From positions 4,050,001-4,082,000 of the forward strand of contig NZ_CP042905.2 of assembly GCF_008000775.2 (NCBI RefSeq): 32,000 nt of DNA, read 5' to 3'. The translations under genes were made by a program, and so were the position numbers. Below the pieces are notes generated by a model. That model saw only the letters and a program-made list of their open reading frames with translations, ran no database searches and had not been told where the DNA came from. Source of the DNA: Promethearchaeum syntrophicum. GTDB taxonomy: Archaea; Asgardarchaeota; Lokiarchaeia; Sigyniarchaeales; Promethearchaeaceae. Below, one piece after another: positions 19,401-26,319 of the stretch (position 1 is its first letter; the number at the start of each line of letters is the position of its first letter).

Positions 19401-19678
19401 ATTTTTTTATTTCGTTTGTAATCAAAATAGTCATAAGTAACCTGTTCCGGCTTTTCTAAACCTAAAATTCTATGAATTCCGTATTTGATGGTAAATTCCT
19501 TAAGGGAAATACAATCCAAACTCATATTGCATGGCTCATTTACTATTAAATTACGAATTTGAATCGGAACATCAGTAATTATTTTTCCTTTTTTATCCAA
19601 TTTGAAGTAATCGTGCTCGAATGAATAATAATCGTGATCTTCTGGGTATTCGGAGGGGTTGGGATTTTCAATGGTCAT
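13406..19678 (-). CDS. giant (2,090 aa) protein with a C-terminal TnpB/Cas12-like RuvC nuclease module and an unrecognised ~1,550-aa N-terminal region
   Basis: The ORF is an uninterrupted 6,273 nt in very AT-rich DNA, where chance ORFs are short. The C-terminal layout matches TnpB/Cas12: '...KIILSVGCAVP...NKLGIDLGLREF' (RuvC-I, D1655, nt 14714-14716); 'DTVIYIEDLRG' (RuvC-II, E1779, nt 14342-14344); 'PPAYTSKLCSVCGKEG' (YTSxxCxxCG zinc-ribbon entry, C1831/C1834); 'YANRDINASANI' (RuvC-III, D1947, nt 13838-13840). The N-terminal part shows only charged coiled-coil stretches, for example 'EEKKKKLEEKEKELEKELRKLEKLL' and 'LEGKIEAYENEIEELEGEIEEMEYEIATFDDEIEEIERREE'. Confidence 0.75.
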   Translation of the reverse strand: MTIENPNPSEYPEDHDYYSFEHDYFKLDKKGKIITDVPIQIRNLIVNEPCNMSLDCISLKEFTIKYGIHRILGLEKPEQVTYDYFDYKRNKKIVLSPDSPLYILQNILIPKGPHTDPDDPYNNEVLYPELSMDDIDPGMDMRELAHCMRPNSDFYVFIQDPDPKVINLSIRKHRYQIGNIFRTLTMSAGNIFKTKNPKDTETIKSIHDKIHSKNIDLKKIPFNFDEKDINNHLKSLQTSKNKIFKRNEIYRNLLSYVSKRSKLKLNPSYFDIYNNIFNFAHISQQFRFSENVQGFYCDEDLSLFSDDLSKILSNLKKKFGELLNKESESKLKRFKKNLDGSDEEKKKKLEEKEKELEKELRKLEKLLPDDESITFLQTFESWKIDYVQFFNKVNSKINSTLVFPSPEDFSDILDIYLSKHEKSLYKIKKNRKKIYEKHFKKNEEVKNAIFQNLNRTTEKTFGSKPFSHALGLIKTPSPLTFIQNSETKFNPLVRFNKNVFKSLNREIIKKNRSEIAFHIIDPKTKKLNPLFKEFHEDLNNFYRKYLEMIETTSDFSIFSSLIPDEKSEEELENLDIKKKITISNNFNNLFNKFTNYGLKYAFFSETGDFYTEDEEDLFKFGKNSPQIYSCNDYNYVDLIVPKKGKNKIILKKGKNIEEKSINLTNFPSKLSKILPTTDNFFNELINSLKNQYYELNNTNYGNLNNIVYEKKHKKQILQIIALSVDIISESFLTKQKSPIQYIHFSQGLTLLKCVEELVDNYAVSCEKCLVIKSELNKSKKELINLQNDSKEHWKFFKNSDSLQNEDFLELLINKDEIPEFERTNPLFSTLNNIMESRELWFNEQIKNLKIIISLLLNNPQLKSSGIVKSLKSIIQETNRVKRRQPWVKDFEDIAAKIKIEYKEITKEIVSDFGINEDLTKILKIIENFMDFDNNEYLYLNPIKIENDDDSFHRVFSKIIRSERDISKIIYRTIKKNNYPIINTDKIYKWKQNFKLKHIGLENTNLNSWTECMKEYKEIVFKDKDGDIVFDWKKVWHDHRQLNYLCHHVIKLDSKKKYISSDHIKNSKELVNWLKGIEFTPGMIKDNWEKDNRTFLLTKKFLKSRDYSISSLKDINKIKQSLYEEKKLFSEFPKEVLIFDNFFEIDKETEHLDIKNPFDISEETMDNYDEISKKLDITKKEAIENHFLLNHLLKRPNFRKTNFEIFTKKITLEKLDELKKYESYSLQSLLSSSRVGKSKSYHYYMVGHYNRQEETDILRQIYLLIFIPVKVPNTEIYNYYLLTSKFGLKTENQFKNSQNASSSKNWRIFQEFKDLTDSLLNTHPPDEKNQNFWTSKICDDSKKGKNFTIAYFDDNNSTGPPLNYIWLKFKQFFSAYENTDMIFKEMKDRILKFTPEIKDLEGKIEAYENEIEELEGEIEEMEYEIATFDDEIEEIERREEIKIWVQQMQEMLKSKKNELKKLKNKEFGSVDFQTIRSLYYNYAKFFDVFLQPEITKINTQIKKLERKKTLTSIQTLTLNSKKDELEKMKSVSKTIEKFKNLNIITTSAEFIIIIDTLIIFYNWVTASLKSNKKFHLGRDPRTENLKRIISAFISLLYRKTPTPYKQLLSSPLKSVIVSIKPNGKIILSVGCAVPFIQPTSYMSKDGLDVKNKLGIDLGLREFLNYDALEGDTKNTSIDSFDEINKSIDKMIKKTKKLSSSASQFQKKLDLTYIKKKPSYFRINYLNYKQKINTKEQNIADTSIRQSIEVIADYVKSKKSSSNSPHNLKKHLNDDTVIYIEDLRGFQAKKGSKFSEAAARWLRGNFKDYLEEKSNLSGFLLKTVPPAYTSKLCSVCGKEGLKGYLITIPSEVLSKDNANKLKYIRKNNKILHAPEKPTEINKVKITGPKYKKADLQIWDYKRILNKINTENFLLKTNKKTDKKTILVFIFSQSGIVFHCSDYKTYANRDINASANIHNYDPIIYYAKIINLWIARETRFPIKSQEKIKNQFNTLITQLSNVLSHKIKNIYVEDVNSEHTYSKENENIYFSFKNLSNSEFTLLINTLKKRNDYCEESKQIKSFKKIIKKLQGLLSPTSDDKDLKRFTEIYSNI

Positions 19679-19727
19679 AGTATATCATATCCTTATTCTG
19701 TTGTTGGAAATTTTTTTAGGATGATGC

Positions 19728-19913
19728 TTATAAAAAATATAACTGGGTATCTTCTGGATTTTCGGGATCGGAAATGCGAATAGTTACAAAATATGGGCTA
19801 TCTGGTTCCATAAATTTAAGTAAATTTTGCACGGTGGGATTTTCATATAAGATTTCGGGGCTGAGATCTTGAACTGGTTCGTTTTTAGCGTCTTCATTTT
19901 TTTGATCTTTCAT
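19728..19913 (-). CDS. small acidic hypothetical protein (61 aa), cassette member
   Basis: Sits in a 262-nt gap between two long same-strand genes, 27 nt after the upstream stop and 49 nt before the giant gene's start. No motif recognised. It is short, so its coding status is uncertain. Confidence 0.45.
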   Translation of the reverse strand: MKDQKNEDAKNEPVQDLSPEILYENPTVQNLLKFMEPDSPYFVTIRISDPENPEDTQLYFL

Positions 19914-19940
19914 GTTTTTTTCATCTTGTTTTTTTTTTGA

Positions 19941-22223
19941 TTATTTTAGACTCACTCTTTTCCCGTTTCTGACCTTTTTAATCTCTACATTATGGCGGTT
20001 TTTTAAATGAGTTGAATGAGTTGAAAATTTTTTAACTATTTTCAAACTATCTTTTGTCACGATCGAAACTGTTACTTCTTTGTTCTCAGGCAATTGGAAA
20101 ATATTTCGAAATTTTTCGGATGTGAAATATTCCTGTAAAGATTTATTTTGAAATAGGTTGGAATTTTTAATATCCGAACTCAGTTTTTTGACCGCTCGTA
20201 AATAATCCGCTCTTTTGTAGTCAAAATTACGAACAATCGTCGGGAAATTGGTCACGTATAAATTATGGTTTTTAAAATAATGTGAAACAAACGGCAAACT
20301 CTGTCTTACCATGAACTGTTTGCGATCTTTATCTGTAATGGGATTTTGAATGGCTAAGATTTTATCTTTTTTGGCGAAGGTATCCCAAGCTTCTCGCACA
20401 GTCATATCCACAAGATCGAATTTTTCAACATCTATCTCGAAATAATGCCCAAGTTCTTTGATTGAAAAGGACTTTTGGGTTCTATTTATTTTAACCCCGT
20501 AATATAATATTTCTGCATCGGGAACCACGAAATCAAGGGCGACTTTAACCATAGGCGATAGTAAAAAGGTTCTCATGGGCGTGTCAGAAAGAATGAAACC
20601 GGTTGGAACTTTCTTTTTTAATAAATCGGAGAGAATAGTAAGGAGTTGGGGGCGATAAATGTCTTCATTAAATGCTGCCGCTTTCCAAAGTCGCATAAAC
20701 CGATTAAGGCCGATAGGATATAAATTAGGAAAATCCATAGCAATTACACGCACTTCTCTGGAAAGAGTAACATTGCCTGCCATTAAATTCCGTAAATACA
20801 TTTTGCGATCGAATAACATATCGAAGAAATTATTATCGCTTACCAATGCGTGTTTATATAATCCATTACCAAATTTTTCCCAAATCTTTTTAATTGCAGG
20901 ATCGGATATGTTCCAAATGTCCCGATATGCGCCCTTAACAGCGATTCCAAGACCATAAGCCACGATTGCGAAGGGGATAAGTTCCATAAACTGCGGAATT
21001 TCGAAGAAATATAGCGACTTCATGCGAATATCTCCAGGCATTGGAATGGCTTTTTGGAGCCTTTTTAGTTTATAATCGAGCTTTCTCTGATATCGATCCC
21101 TTTCATTTTCGATTCGTTTTATTTGCACTTTGATTTGTTTTATTTTCTTATCCACACGCGCAATTTCGGTATCGGCACGCGCTACCATATATACTAAATC
21201 CTTTAGTTCTTCGGTGGCATTTTTACGCTTTTTTGCTCGCTCTCTTATTTTTCGTTCTTTTTCTTTTCGCCTTTGTTCTTCTATTTTTTTATTTCGGGCG
21301 ATATTATCGTCAAGTTGATTCATCCAATCGCTTTTTCTCTGGCGGGATTTTTTTCTTTGGGCTTCAATTTCTGCAATTTCGGCCCAGCGTTTTATTTCTT
21401 GGAGGTGCCTTTCTTCTTTTAGTAGTTTTTCTTCCTCAGCACGGATCCGTAAAAATTCATTAAAATGTAATTCTGTTTTTTCCAAAACTTTTATCCAATT
21501 AATATCTTGATGTTTCACCAACCATTCCGCCCATTCTTCGATACTGATTATGGATTCAGGTTCCGCTGCTTGTTTTTTAGTTGTGGGCCAAATTTTAAAT
21601 CTGATTTTTGCCTTTCTAAAATAATGAATTGCAATCGGAACTTCGTTTTCACCTTCTAATTGCCAATATGTATAAGGTTTAAGAACAATTTTATTCCATC
21701 CATGCAGTGATCTTAAATTAAAATTGGCAAACAGGCTCGTTCCCATTTCCTTTTGCATTTGGTGCAAGAAGGAATGGCTTAAATCATCTTCGTGTTCGAG
21801 ATAATAAGTAACTACCCATTTGGCAGGAAAAGTATAACCATCATACATGAAATTATTTCGATGTTCGAACTGCAATCGTTCTTCCGTCTGGAACATAACG
21901 GCCATGTCCTCAATCAATTTTATTTTTTCAATATCCATTTGATCGTGAAATATGTCCGCTTCATCGATGTTATTCTGGTTGTAATTGATCCGCTGCCTGC
22001 GATATTTTGATGTTGAATCACAATTATTTGACGGGATTTTATTGCGTTTATATCCTACGGCATAGGGAAATTTTTGTTGAGGGCGATCCAAAGCGAGCCA
22101 TTTTTCATCATCTTCAGAATTATCTTCTGCAATAGAAGGATCGAAGTCTTCTTGTTTCTCTTTAATGATGTTTTCCAGAACATATTTATCACGATAATTG
22201 TCGGGTTCGTTATCTTTTTCCAT
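19941..22223 (-). CDS. hypothetical ~760-aa protein with a central highly charged coiled coil, cassette member
   Basis: Long ORF. I place the start at ATG 22221-22223 ('MEKDNEPDNYRDKY...'), which leaves a 25-nt gap after the upstream 108-aa ORF. The track's start at 22346 would overlap that ORF by 98 nt. The central segment 'RAEEEKLLKEERHLQEIKRWAEIAEIEAQRKKSRQRK...EEQRRKEKERKIRERAKKRK...IKVQIKRIENERDRYQRKL' is K/R/E-rich. It is followed by the hydrophobic segment 'FMELIPFAIVAYGLGIAV'. No known domain recognised. Confidence 0.6.
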   Translation of the reverse strand: MEKDNEPDNYRDKYVLENIIKEKQEDFDPSIAEDNSEDDEKWLALDRPQQKFPYAVGYKRNKIPSNNCDSTSKYRRQRINYNQNNIDEADIFHDQMDIEKIKLIEDMAVMFQTEERLQFEHRNNFMYDGYTFPAKWVVTYYLEHEDDLSHSFLHQMQKEMGTSLFANFNLRSLHGWNKIVLKPYTYWQLEGENEVPIAIHYFRKAKIRFKIWPTTKKQAAEPESIISIEEWAEWLVKHQDINWIKVLEKTELHFNEFLRIRAEEEKLLKEERHLQEIKRWAEIAEIEAQRKKSRQRKSDWMNQLDDNIARNKKIEEQRRKEKERKIRERAKKRKNATEELKDLVYMVARADTEIARVDKKIKQIKVQIKRIENERDRYQRKLDYKLKRLQKAIPMPGDIRMKSLYFFEIPQFMELIPFAIVAYGLGIAVKGAYRDIWNISDPAIKKIWEKFGNGLYKHALVSDNNFFDMLFDRKMYLRNLMAGNVTLSREVRVIAMDFPNLYPIGLNRFMRLWKAAAFNEDIYRPQLLTILSDLLKKKVPTGFILSDTPMRTFLLSPMVKVALDFVVPDAEILYYGVKINRTQKSFSIKELGHYFEIDVEKFDLVDMTVREAWDTFAKKDKILAIQNPITDKDRKQFMVRQSLPFVSHYFKNHNLYVTNFPTIVRNFDYKRADYLRAVKKLSSDIKNSNLFQNKSLQEYFTSEKFRNIFQLPENKEVTVSIVTKDSLKIVKKFSTHSTHLKNRHNVEIKKVRNGKRVSLK

Positions 22224-22248
22224 TTTGATTTTCTCTCGATTATGTTTC

Positions 22249-22575
22249 TTATAATGGATTAAAAAAATCGATACTTTGCTGTATTTTTTCAATTTTGGTA
22301 GGTGTTTCTTGATTTTCATAAATTTCTTGTTCTTTGTTATTTTCATCTTTAATATTTCGGGCTCTTGTGAGTCTACTCATAAAATCAAATACAATTTTCC
22401 CATTTTCATCATTATCATCCCCCAATTTGCTTCTTATATGCTTTATGAGATCCAGAGCTTTATACATTGAATCTGGATCGTCAAATAATCTTTGATACCA
22501 GCGGGAAAATTTATGTTTATAACAATCCATATCTAAAAATGCCGAATTTCTGTGGAGTTTGTTTTCTTGTTCCAT
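22249..22575 (-). CDS. hypothetical 108-aa protein, first gene of the minus-strand cassette
   Basis: ORF directly downstream of the divergent intergenic region and co-directional with the three following genes. No motif recognised. Confidence 0.5.
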   Translation of the reverse strand: MEQENKLHRNSAFLDMDCYKHKFSRWYQRLFDDPDSMYKALDLIKHIRSKLGDDNDENGKIVFDFMSRLTRARNIKDENNKEQEIYENQETPTKIEKIQQSIDFFNPL

Positions 22576-23276
22576 TTTTTTTTCTGTTCCTTTTTTGTTT
22601 ATTTTTCGCTTTTTTGCTCTATAATAATCACCGATTTAGCGGATCCTGAATACCACTGTTTTTCCAAAAAACTAAATTTCCCCCGATTTTTTTGAAAAAT
22701 GATTTATACTAATTATATTTGAGCTAAACAACCAATATAAATGTTAATGGGCTCAATGTATCCTATATTGACTGAATGTTCTCAATAGATAAGTTCATAT
22801 TTAAAGAATGTTCCGATAGAGTACTTTGGATCTCTATCGGGTACTTTGGATCTCTATCGGGTACTTTGAGCCCAATATTTAAATGAACAATTGAAAAAAT
22901 TGAAGAATAAAGAGTATTTTGAAAATTCGTTAAAAATTTATCTCATATGGAACGTATATTAAACTAAATCCTTATTAATTAAATAATGTGAAGTAGTTTG
23001 TTATGATTTTGATTAAGCGTCCCCTGTTTTTTATAAGAATATTTGTCAATAGGAAAAAAACACAAATTCTGTTACATTGTTTGTAATATTAAATGGTGTA
23101 AAAAAATCTTCCTAAATAATGGTTTCTCGAAAGTCATAATACCCGAGACAATTTCGACTAAGTTTTACTAACTAACTATAAGATGATGGATAATTTTTTA
23201 AACATCATTTCTAAAATATTAATCAGAAAGAAACAAAGCATGTATTGAGTATTATTTTTTAAATTTTTGAAATGAG
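22576..23276. promoter_or_regulatory. divergent promoter/regulatory region between the RuvC cassette and the DISARM-like operon
   Basis: A 701-bp non-coding gap flanked by two outward-facing operons. TATA-like A/T boxes occur on both sides: 'ctataataat' at 22619-22628 for the minus-strand operon and 'ttttttaaat' at 23255-23264 for the plus-strand operon. It contains the tandem/inverted repeat at 22813-22873. Exact promoters are not determinable from sequence alone. Confidence 0.5.
22813..22868. repeat. 20-bp direct tandem repeat (2.4 copies) preceded by an 8-nt inverted arm
   Basis: GTACTTTGGATCTCTATCGG occurs at 22821-22840 and 22841-22860, with a partial third copy GTACTTTG at 22861-22868. 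CCGATAGA (22813-22820) is the reverse complement of TCTATCGG (22833-22840 and 22853-22860). The outer pair GGGCTCA (22749-22755) / TGAGCCC (22867-22873) brackets the block. Confidence 0.9.
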
Positions 23277-26200
23277 ATGTTAATGGTTATGAGCAAGGTA
23301 GATTTCCAAATTGGGCAAGTAGTTGATGCACGAAACCGACTCTGGAGGATAGAACGAATAATTACAAAAAAATCAGAGTTTGAAGAAGATGCAAATATAA
23401 ATCTATTAGAAGTATCGAGTATTGATGGAGTTCCAAGTCGGTGCAATTTATTATTAAATATAGTTAAAACATCTGAAGGCAAGGAAATTGTTGAAACAAT
23501 CGAAAATATCAAAGAAGCCAAAATTTTAAAACCAGATACTTCTAAATTAGGTAATCCCGATTTTCAAAAGGTTCTCATTCAAGCCATGCGTTATGACTTG
23601 ATTTTTGGAACTTCTAACTTTATAAGTTTAGCCAACAGTCGTGTGATTCCTGTTTCGTATCAGATGGTCCCAGTTCTAATGGCTATGGCTCAGGAAAAGG
23701 TTCGTCTTCTAATTGCAGATGATGTTGGGTTAGGTAAAACTATCGAAGCAGGTTTAATTATTCAAGAATTATTAGGAAGAAGAAAAATCAACCGTGTATT
23801 ATTTGCGGTCCCAGCTAACCTCAGAGAACAATGGCGGTCAATTATGCAAAGATTCTTTGGAATTGAAGCAAAAATTCTCTCAAGCCAAACAAGAAGAAAA
23901 TTGCAAAAAGAACTCTTGGTAGGCGGTGATCCTTGGGGTTATTACAATTTTCTGATTACTTCTCAAGATTATTTAAGTCGCCAGGAAATCCTTGAGAGAG
24001 CAATCCAGTTTAAATTTGATATGGTTGTTATTGATGAAGCCCATAATATTGCCAAACCTCGATATATGATGAGATCAGGGGGGAACAAAAAAAGCAAACG
24101 AAAAAATAAGATGGCAGTCAGTCTATCAAAATATCCACATTTGCTTTTACTGACAGCCACCCCGCATAATGGTTATCACGAAAGTTTTGCCAGTCTAATA
24201 CATTTATTAAATCCGGAATTGGTTGATGACAAAAACGATTGGGCAATTGATCCAGAAAATGCAAAACGGTTTATATGCCAGCGTCGTAAAGCTGATGTCA
24301 TGAAATGGATGGAAGATGATAAGAAAAGAAAATTATTCCCGACTGTCCATCGCATCGAAGAGTTTATTATACCTTCCGTTGAATTTAAGGAAGTAATTAA
24401 GTGTCTTGACCAATACAAAGACCTTGTGTTTAAATCTGCAAAAGAAGATGGAAAAGGAGTCCGTTTTATTAAGTTCTGGGGAGTATTACACATATATCGT
24501 CGTTTAATAAGTAGTCCCCAAGCTTTACTTAAGACAATTTATAACAAGATCAGAGACTCAAATGAAAAGACAGACACCTCAGGGAAGAAAATTAAACTTC
24601 GGGAAGAAGAAATCCAAGATATTTTAGAGAAAGTTCGTAGCAACGTGACTGATACCAATACAGATGAAAACCTTGAAGAATATGAAATAGACCGAAAAAA
24701 TGATTCTGAATTCGGGAGCGAAAAATTAGGACCTGATCTGATTAAAAAACTTAGTGAACTTGAGACACTCACAAAAAAATGTTTGGGACGTAAAAAAGAC
24801 CCCAAATTCAATTACTTCTATAATAATACTCTTCAGCAATTGTTAAATTTCAACAAAAAGATAATAATATTTACCCGTTATATTGATACAGCTGATTACA
24901 TCTGTTTGGAATTAACTAAAATTGTACAAAAGAAGTCCCTCATGAAAGGATTTGAAATCATCGGTGTTGTGGGTACAGATCCCATCCATGTAAGAGAAGA
25001 AAAATATAGAAAATTCCTTGGTCTTGAGAAAGGTATCATGGTGGCTACAGACTGCATGAGTGAAGGAATCGACTTGCAATATTCTTCCAACATCGTTGTA
25101 AATTATGAATTAACTTGGAATCCAAATCGATTGGAGCAACGAAATGGAAGGGTGGATCGGTTTGGACAGCCAGAGAAGGATGTATATCTTCGCACATTGA
25201 TCATTAAAGAATCACTTGAGTTAGCTATTTTGGATCTATTATATCGAAAAATAAAAAACATTGGTGGAGATATGGGGTATATTCCCAAATATTTTGGTAA
25301 TATGGATTTAATTGGAGATATTTTAAACGATTATTTTGAAGAAGAAGAGGAATTTCGATTTGTAAAAACTAAACACGGTGCTAAGCAGCTTACATTGGAT
25401 AATTATGGAGTGTTTGCAGATGAAATGAAAGAAATGCTTAGCAACCATGTTGATAATAATATGAATAATATTATTAGTGAAGACTCTTTTTACGGACAAA
25501 CTGTTTTTGATTTCTCAGATGTGCAAGAACGAATGGACGAGATGGAAAAATCTATAGGAAATATTAATGGATTATTACTTTTTCTTCAAAAATCACTTCC
25601 CTTTTTCGATTGTTCTATTGAGCCAATGAAAAAATCGAATTTTCCTCCCAATGCAGTATTTAAAATTACTCTCAGTGATACTCTCCTCGAGATTATGAAT
25701 AAAGATGAGATTACTGGCAATGAGTGCATTATTACAACGGACCCATATTTTGGTGCAAAACAACAGGATATTGAAACATTGAGTTTAAAATCCCCAGTGT
25801 TAAATTCAATCATTAGTATTGTTAAAGAAAAAGGATTTATCACGACTCATGATTTTTATGGTCGAACCGCTGCTGCATCGAGTGATTTAATATCTGAGTT
25901 GACAGCGGTGCTTTATTACAAAATTCGCTATTTAGTCTCCACAAAGGAACAAAGCATAATGGAAGAATTGCTACCAATTGGATTGAAAATCTATGAAGAT
26001 AAACCACTCCTTAAGCGTGAGAAAACGGAGAAATTATGGACCCAATATACGTCTGGAAAAACTTCAGATTATCCTGGAATTGCAAACCAAGTAAAACAAA
26101 ATATAAAAGATCTATTCGATAGATCAGATTTTGATTCTGTTATTAAAAATGCCATTAAGAGTAATCTGTGCGTTGTGGTTGACAATTCAAGGAATCTTAT

Positions 26201-26318
26201 GAAGAATTTGCAAGCAAAGAACTTGGTTGATCTTGAAGACTTGAAAGGAATGGATGACATTTCTATAATTTCCTATGATCCTATTAGTGTAACTCTCTTC
26301 TATCCAGGAGGTTATTAA
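23277..26318 (+). CDS. SNF2-family helicase/ATPase (DrmD-like)
   Basis: SNF2 motifs: 'LIADDVGLGKTIEAG' (I), 'VVIDEAHN' (II, D253 at nt 24033), 'LLLTATPHNG' (III), 'ATDCMSEGIDLQ' and 'WNPNRLEQRNGRVDRFGQ' (VI). Three closely spaced ATGs (23277, 23283, 23289) make the exact start ambiguous. Confidence 0.9.
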   Translation: MLMVMSKVDFQIGQVVDARNRLWRIERIITKKSEFEEDANINLLEVSSIDGVPSRCNLLLNIVKTSEGKEIVETIENIKEAKILKPDTSKLGNPDFQKVLIQAMRYDLIFGTSNFISLANSRVIPVSYQMVPVLMAMAQEKVRLLIADDVGLGKTIEAGLIIQELLGRRKINRVLFAVPANLREQWRSIMQRFFGIEAKILSSQTRRKLQKELLVGGDPWGYYNFLITSQDYLSRQEILERAIQFKFDMVVIDEAHNIAKPRYMMRSGGNKKSKRKNKMAVSLSKYPHLLLLTATPHNGYHESFASLIHLLNPELVDDKNDWAIDPENAKRFICQRRKADVMKWMEDDKKRKLFPTVHRIEEFIIPSVEFKEVIKCLDQYKDLVFKSAKEDGKGVRFIKFWGVLHIYRRLISSPQALLKTIYNKIRDSNEKTDTSGKKIKLREEEIQDILEKVRSNVTDTNTDENLEEYEIDRKNDSEFGSEKLGPDLIKKLSELETLTKKCLGRKKDPKFNYFYNNTLQQLLNFNKKIIIFTRYIDTADYICLELTKIVQKKSLMKGFEIIGVVGTDPIHVREEKYRKFLGLEKGIMVATDCMSEGIDLQYSSNIVVNYELTWNPNRLEQRNGRVDRFGQPEKDVYLRTLIIKESLELAILDLLYRKIKNIGGDMGYIPKYFGNMDLIGDILNDYFEEEEEFRFVKTKHGAKQLTLDNYGVFADEMKEMLSNHVDNNMNNIISEDSFYGQTVFDFSDVQERMDEMEKSIGNINGLLLFLQKSLPFFDCSIEPMKKSNFPPNAVFKITLSDTLLEIMNKDEITGNECIITTDPYFGAKQQDIETLSLKSPVLNSIISIVKEKGFITTHDFYGRTAAASSDLISELTAVLYYKIRYLVSTKEQSIMEELLPIGLKIYEDKPLLKREKTEKLWTQYTSGKTSDYPGIANQVKQNIKDLFDRSDFDSVIKNAIKSNLCVVVDNSRNLMKNLQAKNLVDLEDLKGMDDISIISYDPISVTLFYPGGY

Positions 26319-26319
26319 A

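Noticed and set aside
14013-19459. Plus-strand ORFs inside the giant gene (14013-14204, 15048-15239, 16749-17273 of 174 aa, 18561-18794, 19202-19459)
   Set aside because: All lie antisense to an uninterrupted 6.3-kb ORF. Their translations are low-complexity F/S/I/L-rich strings, typical of the reverse strand of K/E/N-rich AT-rich coding sequence. No motifs and no independent start context.
22224-22346. 41-aa N-terminal extension of the 801-aa ORF (MKITKNKKFMKIKKHLPKLKK...)
   Set aside because: It would overlap the 3' end of the 108-aa ORF by 98 nt and is low-complexity lysine-rich. ATG at 22223 gives normal operon spacing. I kept it as an alternative because it cannot be excluded without data.
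22821-22868. Possible mini-CRISPR array next to a Cas12/TnpB-like gene
   Set aside because: The 20-bp units are directly abutting with no spacers, there are only 2.4 copies, and the unit is shorter than typical CRISPR repeats. I call it a tandem repeat or operator-like element. No other array is visible in the window, though one outside it cannot be excluded.
13406-22873. The whole cassette as one giant IS200/IS605-like transposon bounded by subterminal hairpins (22813-22840 and 13085-13246)
   Set aside because: No TnpA (Y1 or serine recombinase) is present, the two end regions share no sequence that I can see, and the size (~9.7 kb) is far beyond such elements. It remains only a remote alternative, mentioned under the findings.
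23252-26260. Minus-strand ORFs overlapping the SNF2 gene (23252-23521, 23969-24160, 24176-24493, 24539-24811, 24896-25093, 25103-25288, 25586-25843, 26069-26260) and similar ones inside the methyltransferase gene
   Set aside because: They are antisense to genes with complete helicase or methyltransferase motif sets, and their translations are serine/leucine/phenylalanine-rich noise.
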